Below, piece by piece: positions 23,184-34,193 of a stretch of DNA of 64,000 bases. Under the pieces are notes generated by a model. That model ran no database searches. It was not told the origin of the DNA and was given only the letters and a program-made list of their open reading frames with translations. Source of the DNA: Escherichia coli. GTDB taxonomy: Bacteria > Pseudomonadota > Gammaproteobacteria > Enterobacterales > Enterobacteriaceae. Positions within the stretch are counted from its first letter, which is position 1. Every line of letters starts with the position of its first letter. Location of the stretch: the NCBI RefSeq assembly GCF_048403405.1, contig NZ_CP183129.1. One strand, 5' to 3'. Made by a program: the position numbers and the translations under genes.

Positions 23184-24506
23184 TTATTCACTGATACGAC
23201 GATAGACAGTTGGTGTGCTTTCCGGTGCTTTATCGGCAAGTTTAATTGCCGCTTTCACCGCTTTAGCCGCTTCCTGCCAGCTGTTTTCGTCTTTCGCGTG
23301 GATAACCGCCAGCGGACGCTGACCGTCTACCTGGTCGCCCAGACGCGCCATATCAGTAAAGCCGACGCTGTAATCGATGGTGTCAGATGCCTGACGGCGT
23401 CCGCCGCCCATTGCCACCACTGCCATCCCCAGCGCACGGGTATCCATTTCACTGACAAAACCTTCGGTATCAGCATAGACTGCTTTCGTCAGCATCGCTG
23501 TCGGTAGATACTTCGCGTAGTTCTCAACGAAGTCAGTCGGGCCTTTTTGTGCCGCTACCATACGACCAAAGACTTCTGCCGCTTTACCGTTGTCCAGCAC
23601 CGCCTGCAATTTCGCGCGCGCTTCGGCGTCATCTTTCGCCAGTTTACCGGAGATAAGCATCTCTACGCACAGCGCCATCGTGACATCAAACAGACGCGGG
23701 TTACGATACTCACCCGTCAGGAACTGCACCGCTTCACGAACTTCAACCGCGTTACCTGCACTGGAGGCCAGTACCTGATTCATATCGGTGAGCAGCGCGG
23801 TGGTACGCACGCCAGCGCCGTTAGCTACGCCAACAATCGCTTCGGCAAGGGCTTCAGAAAGTTCGTACGTCGGCATAAACGCGCCGCTACCCACTTTCAC
23901 GTCCATCACCAGCGCATCCAGACCTTCCGCCAGTTTCTTCGCCAGGATCGAGGCAGTGATCAGCGGGATGGAATCCACGGTTGCGGTAATATCACGGGTC
24001 GCGTAGAAACGTTTATCCGCCGGAGCCAGTGAGCTGGTCTGACCGATAATCGCCACGCCGACGTCTTTAATAATTTCGCGGAAACGGTTGTCATCCGGGA
24101 AAATGTCGAAGCCAGGGATGGATTCCAGTTTGTCGAGCGTACCGCCAGTATGACCGAGGCCGCGACCGGAGATCATCGGAATATAGCCGCCGCAGGCAGC
24201 AACCATCGGCCCCAACATCAGCGAAGTGACATCGCCGACGCCGCCGGTGGAATGTTTATCAACAATCGGGCCATTCAGATGCAGGCTTTTCCAGTCGAGA
24301 ACGGTTCCTGAATCTCGCATCGCCATGGTCAGCGAGACACGCTCAGGCATTGTCATATCGTGGAAGAAAATGGTCATCGCGAGGGCGGCAATCTGCCCTT
24401 CGGAGATAGTGTTGTCGCGAATACCGTTGATAAAGAAACGAATTTCTTCATCGCTCAGCGCATGACCATCACGTTTTTTACGAATAATTTCTTGTGCGAG
24501 AAACAA
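23184..24506 (-). CDS. deoA: thymidine phosphorylase DeoA
   Basis: 440 aa from a TTG start ([21 protein letters not shown]...); ORF track extends to 24575. Confidence 0.93.
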
Positions 24507-24583
24507 GGTAACCTCCCGTGGAAAAGAGACGAGGTAATCGGGGAACCGGATGAGCATCGCTGCGTCATCCGGCAAATCAAGCC

Positions 24584-25363
24584 TTAGTAGCTGCTGGCGC
24601 TCTTACCGTCGCCGTGGCCCAGAGCCTTCAGCAGGCTTGCCAGCAGGCTGGAAGCGCCAAAGCGGTAGTGGCGCGCATCGGCCCAGTCAGCGCCGAACAG
24701 TTCATCGGCGATGGCGAGATATTTCTGCGCATCTTCCGCAGTACGCACGCCGCCTGCCGGTTTGAAACCAACGGTTTTTTCTACGCCCATATCACGGATC
24801 ACTTCCATCATGATGCGCGCGCTTTCCGGCGTCGCGTTCACTGCCACTTTACCGGTAGAGGTTTTGATGAAGTCAGCACCCGCTTTGATGGAGATTTCAG
24901 ACGCTTTGCGGATCAGCGCTTCGTCTTTTAGTTCGCCGGTTTCGATGATCACTTTCAGCAGTACATTCGCTGCCGCGCAAGCCTCTTTACAGGCTTTCAC
25001 CAGGTCAAAACCAACCTGCTCGTTACCCGCCATCAGCGCGCGGTACGGGAACACAACGTCAACTTCATCAGCACCGTAGGCGATTGCCGCACGGGTTTCT
25101 GCCAGCGCGATTTCGATGTCGTCGTTACCGTGTGGGAAGTTGGTTACCGTAGCGATACGGATTTCCGGGGTACCCTGCTCTTTCAGCGTTTTGCGAGCAA
25201 TTGGGATAAAGCGAGGATAGATACAGATAGCGGCGGTATTGCCGACCGGAGTTTTGGCCTGATGACACAGAGCAATTACTTTCTCGTCGGTGTCGTCGTC
25301 ATTCAGGGTGGTCAGGTCCATCAATTTCAGTGCACGCAGGCTGCTTGCTTTCAGATCAGTCAT
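24584..25363 (-). CDS. deoC: deoxyribose-phosphate aldolase DeoC
   Basis: 259 aa from [29 protein letters not shown]. Confidence 0.95.
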
Positions 25364-25407
25364 TTCATTCTCCTGGCTTGTAGCCAATAAAATTCACCTT
25401 GCGAGTT

Positions 25408-25423
25408 TGTTAGTATTCTAACA
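25408..25423. promoter_or_regulatory. DeoR operator (promoter-proximal, deoP2)
   Basis: TGTTAGTATTCTAACA near-perfect 16-bp palindrome, 45 bp upstream of deoC start. Confidence 0.75.
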
Positions 25424-25620
25424 TCTACTCCGCAACACACTTCGATATACATCACAATTAAGGAAATCTACTTACAAGTTTGCATCACTGTAATGCGATC
25501 TGGTTCAAATAATTCACTTTCAAATGAATGCGTCAGTGGTGGCAAACGCATCAGGATCAAAGTGAACTTCACGAAACTTCTTACAATGGCGCATCACCTT
25601 CGGCATAAAAGGAAAAGAAG

Positions 25621-27171
25621 ATGCCCACTTCTCATGAAAATGCACTGCAACAACGTTGCCAGCAAATTGTCACCAGCCCGGTGCTTAGCCCGGAGCAGAA
25701 GCGCCATTTTCTGGCGCTGGAAGCAGAAAACAATCTGCCTTATCCGCAGCTTCCTGCCGAAGCCCGCCACGCGCTGGATGAGGGTGTAATCTGCGATATG
25801 CTTGAAGGTCATGCGCCGTACAAACCGCGCTATGTCTTACCCGATTACGCCCGTTTTCTGGCGAACGGTTCCGAATGGCTGGAGCTGGAAGGCGCGAAAG
25901 ATCTTGATGACGCACTCTCTCTGCTGACCATTCTTTACCACCACGTACCGTCGGTCACATCGATGCCGGTCTACCTGGGGCAACTGGATGCGTTGTTGCA
26001 ACCGTATGTTAGAATTCTAACACAAGACGAGATCGATATTCGAATAAAACGTTTCTGGCGTTACCTCGACAGAACCCTGCCAGACGCCTTTATGCACGCC
26101 AATATCGGCCCGTCTGATTCGCCCATTACCCGCGCGATCTTACGTGCAGACGCAGAGTTGAAGCAGGTTTCACCGAACCTGACCTTTATCTACGATCCTG
26201 AAATCACCCCTGATGACCTACTGCTGGAAGTGGCGAAGAACATCTGTGAATGTAGCAAACCGCACATCGCCAACGGTCCGGTGCATGATAAAATTTTCAC
26301 AAAAGGGGGCTACGGGATTGTGAGCTGTTACAACTCACTGCCGCTGGCGGGTGGTGGCAGCACGCTGGTACGCCTTAACCTGAAAGCCATTGCCGAGCGC
26401 AGCGAATCGCTGGATGACTTCTTTGCGCGCACTCTACCGCACTACTGCCAGCAGCAGATCGCCATCATCGATGCGCGGTGTGAATTCCTCTATCAACAAT
26501 CACACTTCTTTGAGAATAGCTTCCTGGTGAAAGAAGGGCTGATTAACCCTGAACGTTTTGTGCCAATGTTTGGCATGTATGGGCTGGCGGAAGCGGTTAA
26601 CTTGCTGTGTGAGAAAGAAGGGATTGCCGCGCGCTACGGTAAAGAAGCCGCCGCAAATGAAGTGGGTTATCGCATCAGCGCGCAACTGGCGGAGTTTGTC
26701 GCCAATACCCCCGTGAAATATGGCTGGCAAAAACGCGCCATGTTACACGCACAGTCGGGGATAAGTTCCGATATCGGCACCACGCCGGGCGCACGTTTGC
26801 CGTATGGCGATGAGCCAGATCCGATCACCCATCTGCAAACTGTCGCCCCGCATCATGCTTATTATTATTCCGGCATCAGCGACATTCTGACACTCGACGA
26901 AACCATCAAACGAAATCCGCAGGCGCTGGTACAGCTTTGCCTCGGTGCCTTTAAAGCCGGAATGCGTGAATTTACCGCCAATGTCAGCGGTAACGATCTG
27001 GTTCGCGTTACTGGTTATATGGTGCGTTTGTCGGATCTGGAAAAATATCGTGCCGAAGGCTCACGTACCAACACCACCTGGCTGGGCGAAGAGGCCGCAC
27101 GCAACACTCGTATTCTGGAACGCCAGCCGCGCGTGATAAGCCATGAACAGCAGATGCGCTTTAGTCAGTAA
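25621..27171 (+). CDS. yjjI: YjjI glycine-radical-enzyme-like protein
   Basis: 516 aa [20 protein letters not shown]...; divergent from deoC; paired with activase gene downstream. Confidence 0.9.
   Translation: MPTSHENALQQRCQQIVTSPVLSPEQKRHFLALEAENNLPYPQLPAEARHALDEGVICDMLEGHAPYKPRYVLPDYARFLANGSEWLELEGAKDLDDALSLLTILYHHVPSVTSMPVYLGQLDALLQPYVRILTQDEIDIRIKRFWRYLDRTLPDAFMHANIGPSDSPITRAILRADAELKQVSPNLTFIYDPEITPDDLLLEVAKNICECSKPHIANGPVHDKIFTKGGYGIVSCYNSLPLAGGGSTLVRLNLKAIAERSESLDDFFARTLPHYCQQQIAIIDARCEFLYQQSHFFENSFLVKEGLINPERFVPMFGMYGLAEAVNLLCEKEGIAARYGKEAAANEVGYRISAQLAEFVANTPVKYGWQKRAMLHAQSGISSDIGTTPGARLPYGDEPDPITHLQTVAPHHAYYYSGISDILTLDETIKRNPQALVQLCLGAFKAGMREFTANVSGNDLVRVTGYMVRLSDLEKYRAEGSRTNTTWLGEEAARNTRILERQPRVISHEQQMRFSQ
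26007..26022. promoter_or_regulatory. DeoR operator (deoP1), lying inside the yjjI coding sequence
   Basis: Perfect palindrome TGTTAGAATTCTAACA; centre-to-centre distance to the 25408 site is 599 bp, matching the recalled O1-O2 spacing. Confidence 0.75.
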
Positions 27172-28006
27172 GATTATCCCCTTCTCCTGCGTTGACGGGC
27201 CAGGCAGTCGTCTGGCTCTGTTTTTGCAGGGCTGCAATCTGCGCTGCAAAAACTGTCACAATCCGTGGACGATGGGACGTTGCAATGACTGCGGGGAGTG
27301 CGTGCCACAGTGTCCGCATCAGGCGTTGCAGATTGTTGACGGCAAAGTGGTGTGGAACGCTGTGGTCTGCGAGCAATGTGATACCTGCCTGAAGATGTGT
27401 CCGCAACATGCCACGCCAATGGCGCAGTCCATGAGCGTGGATGAGATGCTTAGCCATATCCGCAAAGCAGTGCTGTTTATCGAAGGGATAACGGTAAGCG
27501 GCGGCGAAGCCACGACCCAGCTACCGTTTGTGGTGGCGCTGTTTACTGCTATCAAAAATGATCCGCAACTGTGCCATCTCACCTGTCTGGTGGACAGTAA
27601 CGGTATGTTGAGCGAAACCGGCTGGGAAAAATTGCTCCCGGTGTGCGACGGCGCGATGCTCGATCTCAAAGCGTGGGGTAGCGAATGTCATCAACAGTTA
27701 ACCGGACGCGATAATCAGCAGATTAAGCGCAGCATCTATTTGCTGGCAGAGCGCGGCAAGCTGGCGGAACTGCGTTTGCTGGTAATCCCTGGCCAGGTGG
27801 ATTATTTGCAACACATCGAAGAACTGGCGGCGTTTATCAAGGGACTTGGCGATGTTCCGGTACGCCTGAACGCGTTTCATGCCCACGGCGTGTATGGCGA
27901 AGCGCAAAGCTGGCCGAGCGCCACACCGGAAGATGTTGAGCAGTTGGCTGATGCGTTAAAGGTGCGCGGGGTGAGCCGGTTGATATTTCCGGCGCTGTAT
28001 TTGTGA
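27143..28006 (+). CDS. yjjW: glycyl-radical enzyme activating protein YjjW (radical SAM)
   Basis: 287 aa; cysteine-rich ferredoxin-like stretch [15 protein letters not shown] and [12 protein letters not shown]; overlaps yjjI end. Confidence 0.88.
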   Translation: MNSRCALVSKIIPFSCVDGPGSRLALFLQGCNLRCKNCHNPWTMGRCNDCGECVPQCPHQALQIVDGKVVWNAVVCEQCDTCLKMCPQHATPMAQSMSVDEMLSHIRKAVLFIEGITVSGGEATTQLPFVVALFTAIKNDPQLCHLTCLVDSNGMLSETGWEKLLPVCDGAMLDLKAWGSECHQQLTGRDNQQIKRSIYLLAERGKLAELRLLVIPGQVDYLQHIEELAAFIKGLGDVPVRLNAFHAHGVYGEAQSWPSATPEDVEQLADALKVRGVSRLIFPALYL

Positions 28007-28048
28007 CATGCCGGATGTGGCGTAAACGCCTTGTCCGGCCTACGGCAC
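28007..28048. repeat. REP element
   Basis: CATGCCGGATGTGGCGTAAACGCCTTGTCCGGCCTACG between convergent yjjW and yjjV. Confidence 0.7.
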
Positions 28049-28819
28049 GTTAAACAACGTATACGTGTTATTAAGCAACACTTCGGCAATTTCATCCGCG
28101 GGTTCCGGGCGTAACTCGCAAAGCACGGCAAACACCCGCGCGGCCTGTTCCGGGCGATTAGGCTGCCCCTGAAAACCGTTGAGCGGCATATCCGGCGCGT
28201 CGGTTTCCAGCAACAACGATGCCAGCGGTAATTTTGCGATGACATCGCGGGTTTTACTGGCGCGTGGATAGGTGATAGTACCGCCTACGCCGATTTTGTA
28301 GCCCAGCTGTACAAACCGCTCGGCCTGTTGCAGGCTGCCGGAAAAACCGTGAACCACGCCAGTGCGCGATAAATCGTGGCGTTTAAGATGCATCGCCAGT
28401 TTGTCGTGCGTGCGCCGTGAATGCAGGATCACCGGCAGATCGTAGCGTTTCGCCAGTTTCAGTTGTTCGTCGAGTAACCACTGCTGCCTCTCAAATTGCG
28501 GATCGTCGCCGAAGAGATCCAGACCGATCTCCCCCACTGCCACCACCTTCGCCGGACGCCTTTCCAGCGCCTGCTGTAGCTGATCAAGAGACACATCGCT
28601 ATGTTTTTCTAACATCCCCGGATGCAACCCTAACGAGGCATACAGCGGTTGATAATTTTCCGCTAATGCCAACACACGGGCAAAATTTTCCGCCTCTGTC
28701 GCCGGAACAATGATCTTGCCTACGCCCGCTTGTGCCGCGCATTGCAGGCTGGCCTCTTCATCGCCACTAAACGGCGGAAAATCAAAATGGCAGTGGGTGT
28801 CGATAAAACGGCAAATCAA
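28040..28819 (-). CDS. yjjV: TatD-family metal-dependent hydrolase/DNase YjjV
   Basis: 259 aa, MICRFIDTHCHFDFPPF motif. Confidence 0.9.
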   Translation of the reverse strand: MICRFIDTHCHFDFPPFSGDEEASLQCAAQAGVGKIIVPATEAENFARVLALAENYQPLYASLGLHPGMLEKHSDVSLDQLQQALERRPAKVVAVGEIGLDLFGDDPQFERQQWLLDEQLKLAKRYDLPVILHSRRTHDKLAMHLKRHDLSRTGVVHGFSGSLQQAERFVQLGYKIGVGGTITYPRASKTRDVIAKLPLASLLLETDAPDMPLNGFQGQPNRPEQAARVFAVLCELRPEPADEIAEVLLNNTYTLFNVP

Positions 28820-29925
28820 GCCAGATCCTCATTGTTAAATGTCGGGTCGTTCGCCTGCGGAGCGTCGCTCACTTCGGCAACCAGCGTATCGTTGGCGACT
28901 GGCGCAGGCGGAATGACAATCGATTCCGGCGTCACCACTGGCACCAGATGGCGGGTTAGCGGCGCTTTTTCAGTTAATAGCTTGCCAACCGTTGCCAGGA
29001 AATAACGACCGCATAAACGCCCAAGTTTATAGTCTTCACGCAGCGCCGGAATCCGACTGCCAAGCGCGATACTATGCAATGGCTTCGGCGGATAAATTTC
29101 GAATATCCGCAGTTTGCCCGGTGGTTTCTCAATAAATTGCTGAATGTCACGATAGCTGGTTTCATGATGCTGCACCAGATTGACCAGCGGCTGCAGGCTA
29201 CTGTCACCCAGCCAGCGTTCCATGCGTTTGAACCACTGCGGCGTGTAGTACATTTGCGACGGCACGGTGCGAATGACGACCAACGTTTTAGCGCCCTGCC
29301 TTGCCGCCTCTTTAACCGGAATCGCATCACTGATCCCACCATCCAGGTAGTTAATGCCTTCCAGCGACACTCCGCTACGATAAAAGCCAGGTATCGCACT
29401 GGAGGCGCGAATCACATCCAGCCAGTTTTGTTTGGTTGGTAAAAAGTAATTCGGCGCATAGTCATCCTGACGACAGGCGCACATATAAAACGATTTGCCG
29501 CTGTCAAACAACCGCGCGGCGGTATCCATTTGCAACGGCATCTGGCTTGCGGTGGCCTCCACCAGCCAGTCGAGATCGATAAGATTTCCTCCACGGACAA
29601 AGCGCAATGGATCGAAAAATTCGCGTTTTGTGGTATAGCGCATGATGACTTTGCGCGCGTAACCGGGCTGATTGCAGATATACGCCGAGAGGTTCTGCGC
29701 CCCGGCAGATGTGCCGAGATAAAGATCGAAAGGATTAAACTGCGCGCGCATAAACTCATCCAGCACGCCAGCCGTGAAAATTCCACGCTGTCCGCCGCCT
29801 TCGCACACCAGAGCTATTCGTCCAGGCTGGAACGGCCTTAGCGACAACGGCGCAATATTACCAAGCGTTACAGGTATTCGCTGCCCCACCTCTGCCTTCC
29901 TGTTTTTGTTGTGAAAGAATGACAA
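28816..29925 (-). CDS. yjjU: patatin-like phospholipase YjjU (true start probably internal, around 29889)
   Basis: GGGQRG oxyanion motif and GTSAG serine lipase motif. Confidence 0.85.
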   Translation of the reverse strand: MSFFHNKNRKAEVGQRIPVTLGNIAPLSLRPFQPGRIALVCEGGGQRGIFTAGVLDEFMRAQFNPFDLYLGTSAGAQNLSAYICNQPGYARKVIMRYTTKREFFDPLRFVRGGNLIDLDWLVEATASQMPLQMDTAARLFDSGKSFYMCACRQDDYAPNYFLPTKQNWLDVIRASSAIPGFYRSGVSLEGINYLDGGISDAIPVKEAARQGAKTLVVIRTVPSQMYYTPQWFKRMERWLGDSSLQPLVNLVQHHETSYRDIQQFIEKPPGKLRIFEIYPPKPLHSIALGSRIPALREDYKLGRLCGRYFLATVGKLLTEKAPLTRHLVPVVTPESIVIPPAPVANDTLVAEVSDAPQANDPTFNNEDLA

Positions 29926-30010
29926 AGTAACGCAATTTATTATTCGCTAAAACCGCAAAAGCCAGTCCGCTGGACTGGCTTTGGATAAAATTTTCTTAAT
30001 GGTCTGAAAT

Positions 30011-30172
30011 CTAGGGTCGTTTTCGGCCCATGAACAAACTCACCAGGAACAGAATAATCCCGACGACAAAGACAATTTTAGCTGCGCCTGCAGCGGTACC
30101 GGCCAGACCACCAAACCCAAGTGCGGCGGCGATTAACGCGATAACCAGAAATATGATGCCCCAACGAAACAT
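30011..30172 (-). CDS. ytjA: small membrane protein YtjA (DUF1328)
   Basis: 53 aa [22 protein letters not shown]... Confidence 0.85.
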
Positions 30173-30298
30173 AAGCGTCTCCTTTACCATAGTTAATGTC
30201 ACCGCTTGATATGAGCGTGAAAATCACACAATGCGATATTTTTAGTGTGGTGCACATCGCGCCTCCCGACAAAGTTCGGGAGGACGAATTACGACGAA

Positions 30299-30904
30299 TT
30301 ACTTAGTTTTCAGATCATTTTTAACGCTTTTCACACCATCTACCGCTTTGGCGATACTTTCAGCACGGTCGCTCTGTGCCTGGGAATCGACGGTACCGGA
30401 GAGCTGAACCACGCCGTCGGTGGTTTCAACTTTCACATGACGGGAAGGGACGATATCGTCCGCCAGCAGTTTGGCTTTGATTTCACTGGTGGTGGCGGTG
30501 TCACCCGCGTAGCCCTTCACAGAGCCTTCTTTAGCGTCGCGAACGTGCAGTTTGTCGCTGACAGAGGTCACCCCTTCAACGCCTTTCGCCACTTTCACTG
30601 CCTCTTCGGCCTGGGCCTGGCTTTCAACGAAACCGCTCAGGGTCACGACTTTTTGATCGGTTTTGACAGAGATATCGGTGCTCTTGATGTTGTCATGATC
30701 CACCAGGGCCGCCTTCACTTTCGCGGTGATGGCGCTGTCATCCATGAAATTACCGACTTTATTCATAGAGCTATCGACTTTTTGCCCTGCGCTTTCATTG
30801 GTAGTCTGCGCGTTGTTTTCCGCGTAGGCAGAGCCGGTCGCGACGGCAGAGGTCAACATTACAGCCAGCAGAGTTTTCGAAATCTTCAGTCTTGTCATAG
30901 TCAT
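30299..30904 (-). CDS. osmY: osmotically inducible periplasmic protein OsmY
   Basis: 201 aa from [28 protein letters not shown] signal; two BON domains. Confidence 0.92.
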
Positions 30905-31296
30905 CGATTTATTCCTGTATGTTTGCTCGTAATTTGAGCCTGGCAACACGAGGTTGCATTGCTGAATAGGGAGAGACTTCACCCTCTACAGAAGTCAATG
31001 GTCGCCATCACAAAAGCGATGGGTGATGAATAACGACCATTACAGCCTCTGAATCAGTTATTAATATCGGTAGAATGACAATCGACGGCTTTAGATACTG
31101 ATATCTACGCATTGAACGGTATTTAACGCCGTCAGAAATGTCATTACTTTGTTAAATATAGATCACAATTTTGAAACCGCTCGGGATATCAGCTAAAACA
31201 TAAGCAAAAGTGAATGTTTTAAGAACATTCCGTAAGCGGCTAATAAGGAAGGGAAATTGACAGGGCGCAGCGGCTACCGCGCCCTGGAGGCAAGAA

Positions 31297-32883
31297 TTAA
31301 TGCTCGCGGGTCTGGTGGAACTGAACGTCCGGATAACGTTCCTGCGCCAGGCGCAGGTTGACCATGCTGGTAGCGATGTAAGCGAGGTTATCGCCGCCAT
31401 CAAGCGCCAGTTGGCTTTCGTTCTTACGCTTGAACTCTTCGAATTTCTTCGCGTCCGCACATTCTACCCAGCGGGCAGTGGCAACGTTGACTGACTCATA
31501 CACTGCTTCAACGTTGTATTCGCTCTTCAGACGCGCTACCACCACATCAAACTGCAGCACACCAACCGCACCAACGATCAGATCGTTGTTGGAGATCGGA
31601 CGGAACACCTGCACTGCGCCCTCTTCGGAAAGCTGTACCAGCCCTTTAAGCAGCTGTTTTTGCTTCAGCGGATCTTTCAGGCGGATACGACGGAACAGTT
31701 CCGGCGCGAAGTTCGGAATACCGGTGAACTTCATCATCTCACCCTGGGTAAAGGTGTCGCCGATCTGAATAGTGCCGTGGTTATGCAGGCCGAGGATATC
31801 GCCCGGATACGCTTCTTCAACGTGCGAACGGTCACCCGCCATAAAGGTCAGCGCGTCGGAGATCACCACATCTTTCGCAGTACGCACCTGGCGCAGCTTC
31901 ATGCCTTTTTCATATTTACCGGACACCACACGCATAAACGCCACGCGGTCGCGGTGTTTCGGGTCCATGTTGGCCTGAATTTTAAATACGAAGCCTGTAA
32001 ATTTGTCTTCGCTCGCCTCTACGGTACGGGTATCAGTCTGACGCGGCATCGGCGCAGGTGCCCACTCCACCAGACCATCCAGCATATGATCGACGCCGAA
32101 GTTACCCAGCGCAGTACCAAAGAATACCGGAGTGATTTCGCCCGCAAGGAACAATTCTTTGTCGAACTCGTTAGACGCGCCTTTCACCAGCTCCAGTTCA
32201 TCACGCAGCTGCTGCGCCAGATCTTCACCAACCGCAGCGTCGAGATCCGGGTTATTCAGCCCTTTAACAATACGGACTTCCTGAATGGTGTGGCCTTTAC
32301 CGCTCTGATAAAGATAGGTTTCATCTTTATAAAGGTGGTAAACGCCTTTAAACAGCTTGCCGCAGCCAATCGGCCAGGTGATCGGTGCGCAGCCGATTTT
32401 CAGCTCGTTCTCAACTTCATCGAGCAGTTCCATCGGGTCGCGGATATCACGGTCAAGTTTGTTCATAAAGGTGAGGATCGGCGTATCGCGCAGACGGGTA
32501 ACTTCCATCAGCTTGCGGGTACGATCTTCAACACCTTTTGCGGCGTCGATAACCATCAGGCAGCAGTCCACCGCCGTCAGGGTACGATAGGTATCTTCCG
32601 AGAAGTCTTCGTGCCCCGGGGTGTCGAGCAGGTTAACCAGGCAATCGTGATACGGAAACTGCATCACAGACGTAGTAATGGAGATCCCACGCTGCTTTTC
32701 CATCTCCATCCAGTCCGACTTAGCGTGCTGGTTGGAACCACGGCCTTTTACTGTACCGGCGGTCTGAATGGCCTGTCCGAACAGCAGCACCTTCTCGGTG
32801 ATGGTAGTCTTACCGGCGTCTGGGTGAGAAATAATTGCAAAGGTTCTTCTTTTCGCTACCTCTGCGGCCAAAAGGCTTGTCAT
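31297..32883 (-). CDS. prfC: peptide chain release factor 3 (GTPase)
   Basis: 528 aa, G1 motif [20 protein letters not shown]; start at [15 protein letters not shown]. Confidence 0.93.
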
Positions 32884-33038
32884 AATTGTTGTCTCTTTGA
32901 TTATGTACAATCATATGTACAAAGAAAAATTCATGCCGCTGATTGTACATTTTGGAGGTATCAGAGCATAGCAGAACATGATCAGTAGGTGTATTTGTAG
33001 CCAAAGAACATTTGTACATGCAGCAATCTTTGTTCCAT

Positions 33039-33067
33039 TGACACTGTTTATTCATACAGTTAAAAAT
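33039..33067 (+). promoter_or_regulatory. sigma70-like promoter for the dinI-like gene
   Basis: TTGACA (33039-33044), 17-bp spacer, AAAAAT (33062-33067). Confidence 0.5.
33045..33060. promoter_or_regulatory. LexA box 1 (SOS box)
   Basis: CTGTTTATTCATACAG fits CTGT-N8-ACAG; lies in promoter spacer. Confidence 0.65.
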
Positions 33068-33071
33068 AACA

Positions 33072-33087
33072 CTGTATACAAACACAG
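33072..33087. promoter_or_regulatory. LexA box 2 (SOS box)
   Basis: CTGTATACAAACACAG fits CTGT-N8-ACAG; 16 bp upstream of dinI-like ATG. Confidence 0.7.
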
Positions 33088-33102
33088 TGTAGAGGGATTT
33101 TT

Positions 33103-33351
33103 ATGCGTATTGAGATCTGCATAGCCAAAGAGAAAATGACTAAAATGCCAAACGGTGCTGTGGATGCGTTAAAGGAAGAATTAACTCGACGCATCAGTAA
33201 GCGTTATGACGATGTAGAGGTGATCGTAAAAGCCACCAGCAACGATGGCCTTTCTGTTACGCGCACCGCCGATAAAGATTCAGCTAAAACTTTTGTTCAG
33301 GAAACTCTGAAAGATACCTGGGAGTCTGCTGACGAGTGGTTTGTTCACTAA
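33103..33351 (+). CDS. DinI-family protein (prophage-borne DinI homologue)
   Basis: 82 aa [31 protein letters not shown]...[11 protein letters not shown]; C-terminal WESADxWF motif as in DinI. Confidence 0.85.
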   Translation: MRIEICIAKEKMTKMPNGAVDALKEELTRRISKRYDDVEVIVKATSNDGLSVTRTADKDSAKTFVQETLKDTWESADEWFVH

Positions 33352-33417
33352 TTAACACGTAAAATCGGTAACGGCTGGAAATCATTCAATACTCGCACTA
33401 TCGGAAGTTCACCAGCC

Positions 33418-33460
33418 AACCGCAGCACGTTCTTGCATACGACGTGTCTGCGGTTTTTCA
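33418..33460 (+). terminator. probable intrinsic terminator after dinI-like gene
   Basis: Imperfect stem CCGCAGCACGT...ACGTGTCTGCGG followed by TTTTTC. Confidence 0.5.
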
Positions 33461-33777
33461 ACCATTCAGATACAGCACTCTCATCACATTCATTCTTCCG
33501 CATTAAAGTATATATGACCATATCACCTTAATATTTTTCTTCTTCAGATAAAAATTGTTATCTATGTATACTTTTAAACCGAATCCGTGTAGAGTCTCTA
33601 CCTAAGTTAGTTCACAGCTACCCCTTCAGTTTGCGCCATTAACTTCCTGACTTTTGCCGCTATCTGTAAGCATTCCTGTATACCTGAAACTACAGGGTTC
33701 ATCTACGAACTTTAAGAACACCCAGGATAAAAATTGTCAACTATATTATATATAACACCATACTAATTCGAGGCTAT

Positions 33778-33891
33778 ATGGACAGCATACTGATAATCAC
33801 TTCACTACTTATCATATTCAGCATTTTTAGTCATGCTCTAATAAAATTAGGGGTTGGCATATCCAATAACCCGGACAAAACCGATGTATAA
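33778..33891 (+). CDS. unlisted 37-codon ORF encoding a hydrophobic peptide (hypothetical small membrane protein)
   Basis: GAGG 4 nt upstream of ATG; [37 protein letters not shown]: one predicted TM helix plus polar tail; too short for the ORF track. Confidence 0.35.
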   Translation: MDSILIITSLLIIFSIFSHALIKLGVGISNNPDKTDV

Positions 33892-33959
33892 GTCAACATA
33901 TCCTGAATCAGACATACAATATTGCAATGAAAACCAATAATATTTTAAGGAATATCTTC

Positions 33960-34193
33960 ATGAAATCAAATGACACCCTAAAGTGGTTCCCCGCGCAGCT
34001 TCCTGAAGTCAGAATTATCCTGGGAGATGCTGTCGTGGAAGTGGCAAAACAGGGAAGACCTATCAATACCAGAACATTGCTTGATTACATTGAAGGAAAC
34101 ATAAAGAAAAAGTCATGGCTGGATAACAAAGAATTATTACAAACAGCGATATCAGTTCTTAAAGACAACCAAAATTTAAATGGTAAAGTGTAA
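33960..34193 (+). CDS. YdfK/YnaE-like prophage protein (so-called cold-shock-induced family; function unknown)
   Basis: 77 aa from MKSNDTLKWFPAQLPEVRIILG..., AAGGA RBS; recalled similarity to Rac/Qin ynaE/ydfK, which sit beside pin genes. Confidence 0.6.
   Translation: MKSNDTLKWFPAQLPEVRIILGDAVVEVAKQGRPINTRTLLDYIEGNIKKKSWLDNKELLQTAISVLKDNQNLNGKV

Noticed and set aside
27143-29925. yjjW-yjjV-yjjU (radical SAM activase, TatD nuclease, patatin-like lipase) considered as a defence-like cluster
   Set aside because: These are conserved core genes in conserved synteny in E. coli; yjjW pairs with yjjI and the others are convergently arranged, not an operon
31660-32988. 442-aa plus-strand ORF
   Set aside because: Antisense to prfC, whose product is unambiguous; no RBS or motif
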